This document shows positions 1 to 7,927 of a stretch of 25,704 nt of DNA, one piece after another. The DNA is taken from positions 1 through 25,704 of the IMG/VR virus record IMGVR_UViG_3300022407_005585; one strand, given 5' to 3'. The stretch is from a virus. Its lineage: Duplodnaviria; Caudoviricetes. The notes below the pieces were generated by a model that was not told the origin of the DNA, did no database searches, and was given only the letters and a program-made list of their open reading frames with translations. Both the position numbers and the translations under genes were made by a program. The stretch's first letter is position 1; each line of letters opens with the position of its first letter.

Positions 1-2
1 CA

Positions 3-689
3 GGTGGTGCTTTAGCTATAAATCCCCAACTAGAATTAATATATGAAGGAACAGATTTTAGAAACTTTAGATTTTCTTTTATGTTTTATCCAAGAAGCAA
101 AAAAGAAGCTATAGAAATTTTAGACATTATTGATTCATTTACATTCCATCAAGCGCCAGAAATTTTATCTTCGTCTTTTGGAAGATATTTGGTCCCTCCA
201 TCAGAATTTGAAATTGAATTTCGATACAATGGCGGAATAAATCCTAACATACCAAAGGTAGCTCCTTGCGTTTTAACAAGTATAAGTGTTGACTATGCAC
301 CTAATGGATTTGCTTCATATGAAACACTATTGAGTGCAAATAAACCAGAACGAGGTGGCACCGGCATGCCTGTTGCTATTCGTATGGATCTATCATTCAA
401 AGAAACTCGAATTATTACTAAACAATTCTTGAAGGGTGAAAGAGAAGAAAAATACAATAGTCCATTTGGAAGCACTGGTGGCGGATCTACTGATAGTGTA
501 AGCCAAGGAAATTCAGTAAGTTCCACTCAAATAGATTCTGCAGGTTTTACCTTAGCCTCAGATATAGACGATCTCAGCATTGGGCTTGAAAATAACGCAA
601 CAGCTGATACCGAATATGAAGAAGCTACTGATGATTTTGCATTGGGTAGTGAAAATTATACTGAAGAAGATATTGGTAACTTAGATTAA
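3..689 (+). CDS. gp48: T4 gp48-like baseplate tail-tube cap, 5'-truncated by the window edge
   Basis: The frame is open upstream of the listed ATG at 81: GGALAINPQLELIYEGTDFRNFRFSFMFYPRSKKEA. The NP..EL...G...R.F.F.F...P.S..EA and P.EFEIEF....CVLTSISVDYAPNG motifs are typical of the gp48 family. It lies directly before gp53 and has an acidic C-terminal extension. Confidence 0.8.
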   Translation, partial: GGALAINPQLELIYEGTDFRNFRFSFMFYPRSKKEAIEILDIIDSFTFHQAPEILSSSFGRYLVPPSEFEIEFRYNGGINPNIPKVAPCVLTSISVDYAPNGFASYETLLSANKPERGGTGMPVAIRMDLSFKETRIITKQFLKGEREEKYNSPFGSTGGGSTDSVSQGNSVSSTQIDSAGFTLASDIDDLSIGLENNATADTEYEEATDDFALGSENYTEEDIGNLD

Positions 690-700
690 GGTTAATTAAG

Positions 701-1360
701 ATGGCAAACTATTTCAATTTTTTTCCAAAAACAGCATATTATAAAAATAAAGATTCAACATCACTAGATGTTATAACTAATATTACAGCTAGATATAATT
801 TTAGTAATGATTTGAAAAAAAACTCAGCTGCGTATTACAAATATAAAGTAAAAGATGGTGATACGCCAGAAAATTTGGCATTTAAGATTTACGGTTCTTC
901 TGAAAGACATTGGATAATTTTAACAATGAATGACATTGTAGATCCAATTTATGAATGGCCTCTTTCACAAAGATCGATAGCTAAATTTATTGAATCAAAA
1001 TATTCATCGCCAAGTTTTTCGGATACAGCAAACACAGAGGTTAGTGGCACAACTTGGGCAAAAAATAATATTCAAGCTTATTACAAAATTGAAACAAGAA
1101 CTGATCTTTCAAATGGCTTGTTTAAAAAAAGTACAATTACAGTTGATGCAAATACTTACAACAATGTTATTATATCAACAACAAACTATACCTTAACAGA
1201 TGGAACACCTTTGAGAGTTGTGGTATCAAAAGAAACAGAAAACTATTATGATTATGAAACTCAATTAAATGAAAATAAAAGAGAAATAATAATTTTAAAA
1301 CCTGAATTTTCAAAAGAAGTTGATGAAGAATTTAAAAGAATAATGGGTGACTCTCTATGA
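701..1360 (+). CDS. gp53: T4 gp53-like baseplate wedge protein (LysM-like)
   Basis: YF..FP N-terminus, YKVKDGDTPENLAFKIYGSSERHWIILTMNDIVDPIYEWPLS and YDYETQLNENKREIIILKP motifs. Confidence 0.9.
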   Translation: MANYFNFFPKTAYYKNKDSTSLDVITNITARYNFSNDLKKNSAAYYKYKVKDGDTPENLAFKIYGSSERHWIILTMNDIVDPIYEWPLSQRSIAKFIESKYSSPSFSDTANTEVSGTTWAKNNIQAYYKIETRTDLSNGLFKKSTITVDANTYNNVIISTTNYTLTDGTPLRVVVSKETENYYDYETQLNENKREIIILKPEFSKEVDEEFKRIMGDSL

Positions 1361-2700
1361 GTGATTTTAATTTAAGACAATCCACAGACTATAGAATTAA
1401 TGAATTAACTTTAGTTACAAAAGGTGGCAAAATAGATATACGCCAAATGTTTGAAGAAATTAACATATATGAAAGTATGTTAGCTCCCTGCATTTCTGGT
1501 GATATTATCATTAGTGATGCCATAGGATTGTCTTCTCAATTGTTAATTGATGGATCAGAATTACTTTTGATTGATATAGATAAGGGTACTGGCTTTGGTA
1601 ATATTAAACGAGCCTTTAGAATTTATAAACAATCGGATAGAAAAAATAAGAATCAAACAAGTGAGATTTATGTTTTAAAATTTGCTTCTGAAGAAATTAT
1701 TTTGTCTGAACAACAAACATTGTCAGAGTGTTATAAAGGAACTTATACCGATATAGTTAAAAAAATACTAGTCAATAAATTAAAAGTTTCTGGAAACAAT
1801 TTTAAAGAAAGAAATTTTGAAAAATCAGTAGGTGCAATTGATGTAATTATACCCACGTTAAAACCTTTTGATGCTATAAATTGGTGTTCAAAGAGGGCAA
1901 TTGATTCAAAAGGACAACCAACATTTTTGTTTTTTGAAAACGATGGTGGTTATAATTTTACAACCTTGTCAAAAATTATGCAACAAGAACCTATATTTTC
2001 TGTAAACTTTGATGTTAAAAATTTAAGTGATGAAAATGGAGATCAAAACTTAAAGGCTGAATTGCTTGGTGCTAGAGCTATGGAAGTTATAAGTCAATTT
2101 GATTTTATTAAGAATACTCAAGCTGGTGTTTTTGCTGGAACATATGTTGGAATAGATCCACTAACTAGGCAAATAATACCTGAAAAGAAAACTTTTAATA
2201 CTTCATATGGATCAACAAGTCATGCTAACAGAAATCCTAATTTGCCAATTGATACGAATAAATTAAATAAAACAAACTCACAAATGGATCAGTCTAGAGT
2301 AGTTTATCATTTAACAACTGGACCAAGAAATCAATCTGAATGGATTAAAAACGGAGAGCCAGGATCTTTAACTACTGATGATGTTCCACAGAAGTACTCA
2401 TATGCTAGAAAAGCAATATTTCAAAATTTTACAGCTCAAAGATTGAAGTTAGCTTTACCTGGAAACTTTTTGATATCTCCAGGTAAAACTATTAATTTAG
2501 ATGTTCCAAAACGATCTTTTAATACTAGGGGTGCAGATAACTCTGATGTAACATTAAAAGGAAAATATGCTATTCTTTCAACAAGGCATATTATAAAATA
2601 CAAGATGTTTGAAACTATTGTGGAGGTTGTAACTGATTCTTCTGCCAAACCAATTGTTGCGGCTAATAGAGAATTATCACAAATTTTAGGGAGTTATTGA
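1357..2700 (+). CDS. Baseplate hub protein (gp27-like / phage late control D fold)
   Basis: 447 aa between gp53 and gp5. Contains INIYESM..P.ISG.I.I.D, IP..KPFDAINW, FLFFEN..GYNF and C-terminal PGN....G..I.L.....GKY.I...RH motifs. ATGA overlap with gp53. Confidence 0.7.
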   Translation: MSDFNLRQSTDYRINELTLVTKGGKIDIRQMFEEINIYESMLAPCISGDIIISDAIGLSSQLLIDGSELLLIDIDKGTGFGNIKRAFRIYKQSDRKNKNQTSEIYVLKFASEEIILSEQQTLSECYKGTYTDIVKKILVNKLKVSGNNFKERNFEKSVGAIDVIIPTLKPFDAINWCSKRAIDSKGQPTFLFFENDGGYNFTTLSKIMQQEPIFSVNFDVKNLSDENGDQNLKAELLGARAMEVISQFDFIKNTQAGVFAGTYVGIDPLTRQIIPEKKTFNTSYGSTSHANRNPNLPIDTNKLNKTNSQMDQSRVVYHLTTGPRNQSEWIKNGEPGSLTTDDVPQKYSYARKAIFQNFTAQRLKLALPGNFLISPGKTINLDVPKRSFNTRGADNSDVTLKGKYAILSTRHIIKYKMFETIVEVVTDSSAKPIVAANRELSQILGSY

Positions 2701-2702
2701 AA

Positions 2703-3752
2703 ATGTATGGATTAGATTCACCAAATCCAAATAATTGGACAGCTGTTATTGAAAGTTATGATGATCCTTTAAAGAGCGGAAGGCTTCGGGTTCGAATTAA
2801 CGGATTTCACAATCTTGATAAAACAATTTTACCAACGGAAGATTTACAATGGGCTCAAGTTGCTGTGCCTGTTAATGGGTCAACAACAACTCACTCACCA
2901 AAGGTTGGAGATTGGGTTATTGGTTTTTTCCTTGATGGAACTGACGCTCAATTTCCAATTGTAACTCATGTTCTTCCAGGTATCAATACTGTGCTTGTTA
3001 AACAACCAGTTGGTGCACCTCGTATGCCAGCTGGTCAAATTTATGACAGGCCTGGCCAACCATCTTTGCCACCATTAGGTAGAGGCGTTGTGCAATTTAC
3101 TGCTATAGATACTTCAAATAGAAGTAGAGCACACGTTTGTGATATTTCATATGAGGTTGATCAAACTGTTTCTGCCATAAAAACTCTTTTTGGTCCAGTG
3201 TTTGATGTAATTAGAAAACTTATCAATGCTGCCATTGGTGCTACGTGTCTTGATCCAACTGGAATTTCAAAAACGATTGTAGATATAGTTAGAAAAGTTA
3301 CTGCTTTTATAAAAGAGTTTACTAGAGTGGTAAAAGAAGTACAAAAAACTGTTAGTGGTTGGCTGGAAGTTGCTAGAAAAGTGAGAGCAATGATTGATTA
3401 CATTCTCAGTTTACCAGCAAAAGCAGCAGCTTTTTTTACAGATTGTGTAAGAAAATTTACAGCAATTTTAAGAAAAGGCCTTAAAGATTTATTTACGGAT
3501 TTGGTTGGTGATGTAGAGATTGGCGGTATTGGAGAAATAATAACTGCTGTACAAGAAGGTGCTGACGCCGTTCAAGATTTAGCAAGCTCAGGCGCAAGAC
3601 TTATTGCAACAGTTCAACCTGCAACTTTAGCAGCAGTAATTCTTTCACCAACAAGTCAATCTGAAGTTGATGCTGCAGGCGTAGCTATGAACAAATTAAT
3701 TAGTGATGCAGGCCCAATAAATAGTCCACTTGATGTTGGCCAAGGACCTTGA
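2703..3752 (+). CDS. gp5: gp5 N-terminal part: OB-fold domain plus a long alpha-helical domain, with no lysozyme
   Basis: VIESYDDPLKSGRLRVRINGFH..LPTEDLQWA..VGDWVIGFFLDG..AQFPIV is the gp5 OB-fold signature. ATG 2703 is preferred over TTG 2697 because GGGAG lies at about 2689-2693. Confidence 0.85.
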   Translation: MYGLDSPNPNNWTAVIESYDDPLKSGRLRVRINGFHNLDKTILPTEDLQWAQVAVPVNGSTTTHSPKVGDWVIGFFLDGTDAQFPIVTHVLPGINTVLVKQPVGAPRMPAGQIYDRPGQPSLPPLGRGVVQFTAIDTSNRSRAHVCDISYEVDQTVSAIKTLFGPVFDVIRKLINAAIGATCLDPTGISKTIVDIVRKVTAFIKEFTRVVKEVQKTVSGWLEVARKVRAMIDYILSLPAKAAAFFTDCVRKFTAILRKGLKDLFTDLVGDVEIGGIGEIITAVQEGADAVQDLASSGARLIATVQPATLAAVILSPTSQSEVDAAGVAMNKLISDAGPINSPLDVGQGP

Positions 3753-3774
3753 TATAAAAGTGAAATAATAAAAT

Positions 3775-4596
3775 ATGTCAGATACATTTATACCTTATGT
3801 GAGAGAAGTGGATCCCGAAAGGCCTCCTGAAGACTATGGATGGACTGAGCCGGAATCTCCTGCTTCAATAGAATATCCACCAAAATATCCATTTAATAAT
3901 ATTACACAAACTCCATCTGGACATATGTTTGAGATGGATGATACTCCTGGCGGAGAAAGAATACGTATACACCATCGTTCAGGAACATTTACAGAAATGC
4001 ATCCAAATGGTGATGAAGTACATAAAATTTATGGTGATGGTTATGAAATTATTACCAAAAATAAAAATGTTTTAATTAGTGGCGTTTGTAATATTACAAT
4101 TGAGGGAGATTCTCTCTTGCATGTTAAGGGCAATAGAAAAGAATTGATTGACGGTGATTACAGTATTGTTGTTAAGGGTGATTATACCGTTACAGCTCAA
4201 GAAACTGCCAGCATAACATCAAAAGATACAGTCAGTCTTATGGGAGATACATTGTCACTTAGAACTCCTGACGTAGTTATTACCGGTAACATGGTTGTCG
4301 ATGGCGCCTTAGACGCATATACAGTTAGCTGTGCTACACTTACTGCCAGGGCTGGTGTTAGCTGTGGACTAGGAGATCCAGGTAATCCATTAAAAGGCCA
4401 AATTCCAGTTCTGCCTACAGGCATTTTTTCTTCGACAACAATTACTGCTTTGCTTGCTGTTGCAGCTCCACTAGGAACTTTTGGATTAATGAGTTCAGTA
4501 TTAATGACCGATACGATAAATACTGCACTACATAATTGCCACATTCATGTGGGCTTCAAAGGACCTACAGGTCCACCAATTCCAAAAATGATTTAA
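3775..4596 (+). CDS. gp5: gp5 C-terminal part: beta-helix central spike with HxH tip
   Basis: YPFNNITQTPSGHMFEMDDTPGGERIRIHHRSGT matches the T4 gp5C start. It is followed by V.G/I.G octapeptide-like repeats (ISGVCNITIEGDSLLHVKGNRKELIDGDYSIVVKGDY) and ends LHNCHIHVGFKGPTGPP. Confidence 0.85.
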   Translation: MSDTFIPYVREVDPERPPEDYGWTEPESPASIEYPPKYPFNNITQTPSGHMFEMDDTPGGERIRIHHRSGTFTEMHPNGDEVHKIYGDGYEIITKNKNVLISGVCNITIEGDSLLHVKGNRKELIDGDYSIVVKGDYTVTAQETASITSKDTVSLMGDTLSLRTPDVVITGNMVVDGALDAYTVSCATLTARAGVSCGLGDPGNPLKGQIPVLPTGIFSSTTITALLAVAAPLGTFGLMSSVLMTDTINTALHNCHIHVGFKGPTGPPIPKMI

Positions 4597-4605
4597 GGAT
4601 ATATT

Positions 4606-5454
4606 ATGGCGACTCTTTTTGATAGAACAGGTTTTAATTTTACCGACACCAGTGGCACAATAACTACATTACCAAATACAGCTGTTCAACAATTGAATAC
4701 GGCGCCAGCATTGGTACCAAATCAATGGATGAGAGATGATTTGATAAATGATGATACTACTGGTTATTATGTGAACCCTGTAGCTAATTCATGTAACATT
4801 ATTTGGACCACGGCAAACACTCTAGTGAGCATTGCAAATAATTTACAAGGTGCTGCTAATACAACACCGCTGTGGACAACAATCTATACAACATTAGGAA
4901 ATATTGTTGATGCCAATACCGAAATGGTTCAATTTATAAACCACACAAATAGAATTTCTGGTGTAGTTCCAATTACTGCAAATACAGACGCAGCCGATAA
5001 ACCACATCTTGAACAAGCCATGCAAATTGGTCGAGCATTAACATATGTAATATATCAAGTAGATGGTCGTGAAGACAATGCACCCATGCTAGGCAGTTTT
5101 ACTAGCATTTTGGTGGCAAATACAATTAGTAATTATGCTAATACAATTGTGACATATCCAAATACAGTTAATAATAGTATTAGTACGACAATTGATCCTA
5201 TCACATTTGATCCAATAAACACTTCAAATTTAACATATAATACAGTAAATTCAATTGCTGAATTTGCAAATACTTTATATACTTTGTTACATGACAGGCG
5301 GGTACATGATGAGAATTTTTATACAAAATCAAATCAATTGGTTAACGAAGCTAAAAATATACGCAGATATGAAAATTTAGGAGCATCTGAAGACAATCTA
5401 GTTCAAAATCTTATTGGAAGTGATAAATTAAAATCTAGGCTTGCTAACCAGTGA
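4606..5454 (+). CDS. Hypothetical protein (282 aa, Asn/Thr-rich, probably virion-associated)
   Basis: AAGGA RBS about 7 nt upstream and tight packing between gp5C and gp25. No family recognised. Confidence 0.75.
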   Translation: MATLFDRTGFNFTDTSGTITTLPNTAVQQLNTAPALVPNQWMRDDLINDDTTGYYVNPVANSCNIIWTTANTLVSIANNLQGAANTTPLWTTIYTTLGNIVDANTEMVQFINHTNRISGVVPITANTDAADKPHLEQAMQIGRALTYVIYQVDGREDNAPMLGSFTSILVANTISNYANTIVTYPNTVNNSISTTIDPITFDPINTSNLTYNTVNSIAEFANTLYTLLHDRRVHDENFYTKSNQLVNEAKNIRRYENLGASEDNLVQNLIGSDKLKSRLANQ

Positions 5455-5464
5455 CATAAATAGA
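5455..5464 (+). promoter_or_regulatory. T4-type late promoter (CATAAATAGA)
   Basis: NATAAATA motif immediately upstream of the gp25 start, part of a 15-mer repeated at 10465-10479. Confidence 0.7.
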
Positions 5465-5466
5465 AA

Positions 5467-5871
5467 ATGGCAACAACAATAATAACAACAACTAGAGAAT
5501 GGCGAGATTTAGATTTAAATTTCAATATTCATCCAATCCGTAAAGACATTAACAAACACAGGGCTGAGTTTGCGGTAATTAATTCCATTAAGAATTTAAT
5601 TTTAACTAATCACTATGAGATCCCTTTTCAACCAGAAATTGGATGTAATATTCGAAAGCTTTTGTTTGAACCATTGGATATGATCACAGCATCTTTAATT
5701 GACCGTGAAATTGTAGAAACAATAAACAATTTTGAGCCAAGAGCAAATGTTACAAAAATTGTTGTTTCTCCAGATTTCGATAATAATGGTTTTAAAGTTG
5801 AATTATTGTTTCAAATTATTAATAGAACCGATCCGATAGCAATCAAATTTTTCTTAGAGCGAGTCCGATAA
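5467..5871 (+). CDS. gp25: T4 gp25-like baseplate wedge / sheath initiator
   Basis: DLDLNF..HP...DI, NSIKNLILTNHYEIPFQPEIGCNIRKLLFE, INNFEPR and C-terminal FLERVR. Confidence 0.93.
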   Translation: MATTIITTTREWRDLDLNFNIHPIRKDINKHRAEFAVINSIKNLILTNHYEIPFQPEIGCNIRKLLFEPLDMITASLIDREIVETINNFEPRANVTKIVVSPDFDNNGFKVELLFQIINRTDPIAIKFFLERVR

Positions 5872-7923
5872 ATGGCAGATAATCGTTTACAAGTTGCAGA
5901 ACTTGATTTTGATACAATCAAAACCAATTTAAAAACATATTTAAAACAACAAACGGAATTTCAAGATTACGATTTTGAAGGCTCTGGGCTTAATGTTTTA
6001 ATTAATCTTTTAGCATATAATACTCATTATAATGCATACTATCTTAATATGGTAGCTAATGAATCATTTTTAGATACAGCTTTATTGAGAGATTCTGTTG
6101 TTTCACATGCTAAAACATTAGGGTATGTTCCTTATTCTAAAACATCAGCTACAGCAGTTATTGATTTAACGATAGAAACCAATAGTACAACAATTGATAC
6201 TGTAACAATACCCAAAGGTTTTGTGTTTATATCCAGCCCTAGTGATAATCAATCTTATAATTTTGCTGTTATGGGTGACACAACGGTTACAAAAAGTGGA
6301 ACAAAATATTTTTTTGAGGGATTAGAAATTAAAGAAGGTGAATTTGTATCTTATTCTTTTACACAAAACGACGGAGAAAATCCAAAAGCTATTTTTGAAA
6401 TTCCTGATTCTAATATTGATACAAATACTATTTCTGTATCTGTTAGGCCGTCTTCAAGCAATTCACAAATAAGTATTTTTAATAAAGCTACGGATATTTT
6501 AGATGTTACAAACTCATCTGAAGTATATTTTTTACAAGAATCTAAAGGCGGCAAATATAAAATTTATTTTGGTGACGATGTTATTGGTAAAAAAATTAAT
6601 GATGGTGCAATAATTAATTTAACATATCTGTCAACAAATGGCCCTGCCGCAAATAAATCTTTAAGTTTTACTGTGGGTGCTCCTATTTCTGGATATACCG
6701 ATATTACTATTACCACTTTAAGTGCTGCAGCTGGTGGAAAAAATAGAGAAACAGTTAATGAAATTAAATACAATGCTGTAACTCAATTTGCTACACAAAA
6801 TAGATTAGTCACTTTTAAAGATTACGAATCTTACATTATTAAAAATTATCCATCACTAGATTCTATTTCAGTTTGGGGTGGCGAAGAAGAAACTCCTCCA
6901 GTTTATGGCAAAGTTTATATATCCATTAAACCAAAAACAGATTACTATATTTCTGAAACTGAAAAACAAAGAATTTTAAATGATATCGTTAAGCCAAAAT
7001 CTATTGTTTCCGTTCAAGCAGAATTTAAAGATCCTGAATTCTTGTACTTATTGATTAACAATACCATACAGTATGATCCTAAGAAAACAACTGTAAGTGC
7101 GGATGGCATTAAAAATAATATTAGAAACGCCATCATAGCATACAGAAATTCAAAATTAAATAAATTTGGTGCTAAATTTATTTTGTCTAAGATGCAAGAT
7201 TCAATTGATTCTACAAATTTAAATTCTATTGTTGGCTCCGAATCTGTTGTTAGGTTACAGAAAAGATTTTTGCCTATTTTGAATCAATCTAAAAATTACG
7301 CAATCGATTTTAATGCACCTTTAAAACGTGGTACAATTACAAATAAACTAACATCAACCAGTTTTAATGTTTTGGATGTGGATGGTATTGAAAGAACTGT
7401 TATCTTTGATGAAATACCACAGTCATCTTCAGGCATTACCTCAATCGGTGTTACTGATGCGGGTACAGGCTATACCTCTGCACCAACAGTAACCATCACA
7501 GGCGATGGTACTGGTGCAACAGCTGAAGCCATTATTGTTAACGGCAGAGTTCAGAATATTAATATTGTGGATCGTGGAACCGATTACACACGAGCTGTAG
7601 TAACAGTTACCGGTGGTGATGGATATGGAGCTTCAGCCGTTGCAATAGTAGATGGTCGAGTAGGAACACTCAGAACAATTTATTATGATTCAGCTGCACA
7701 AAGACAAATCGTTGATGATAATGTTGGTGAGATTGATTATACCGCTGGTTTAATTAACATTTTTGATATTAACATGTTATCTGTTGCTTCAGCTGACGGT
7801 TACATAAGACTATCATTTGAGTCGGAAAAAGGTATTGTTGAAACTATTAGAAGTACAATTATTACAATTGATGAAACCGACCCTACATCCATTACAATTG
7901 ATTTAGTCAAAATATCTGATTAA
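5872..7923 (+). CDS. gp6: T4 gp6-like baseplate wedge protein
   Basis: LDFDTIKTNLKTYLKQQTEFQDYDFEGSGLNVLINLLAYNTHYNAYYLNMVANESFLDTALLRDSVVSHAKTLGYVP, QNRLVT..DY and VWGGEEETPPVYGKVYISIKP. Confidence 0.95.
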   Translation: MADNRLQVAELDFDTIKTNLKTYLKQQTEFQDYDFEGSGLNVLINLLAYNTHYNAYYLNMVANESFLDTALLRDSVVSHAKTLGYVPYSKTSATAVIDLTIETNSTTIDTVTIPKGFVFISSPSDNQSYNFAVMGDTTVTKSGTKYFFEGLEIKEGEFVSYSFTQNDGENPKAIFEIPDSNIDTNTISVSVRPSSSNSQISIFNKATDILDVTNSSEVYFLQESKGGKYKIYFGDDVIGKKINDGAIINLTYLSTNGPAANKSLSFTVGAPISGYTDITITTLSAAAGGKNRETVNEIKYNAVTQFATQNRLVTFKDYESYIIKNYPSLDSISVWGGEEETPPVYGKVYISIKPKTDYYISETEKQRILNDIVKPKSIVSVQAEFKDPEFLYLLINNTIQYDPKKTTVSADGIKNNIRNAIIAYRNSKLNKFGAKFILSKMQDSIDSTNLNSIVGSESVVRLQKRFLPILNQSKNYAIDFNAPLKRGTITNKLTSTSFNVLDVDGIERTVIFDEIPQSSSGITSIGVTDAGTGYTSAPTVTITGDGTGATAEAIIVNGRVQNINIVDRGTDYTRAVVTVTGGDGYGASAVAIVDGRVGTLRTIYYDSAAQRQIVDDNVGEIDYTAGLINIFDINMLSVASADGYIRLSFESEKGIVETIRSTIITIDETDPTSITIDLVKISD

Positions 7924-7927
7924 TTAA

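Noticed and set aside
3740-3780. Programmed frameshift, readthrough or stop-codon recoding joining the gp5 halves
   Set aside because: The frames differ and each is blocked (TGA 3750-52, TAA 3769-71). Elsewhere genes are intact under the standard code, with TGA serving as a normal coupled stop.
4515-4522. GATAAATA as a late promoter for ORF 4606
   Set aside because: It lies inside gp5C, lacks the GA suffix, and is plausible by chance in AT-rich DNA.
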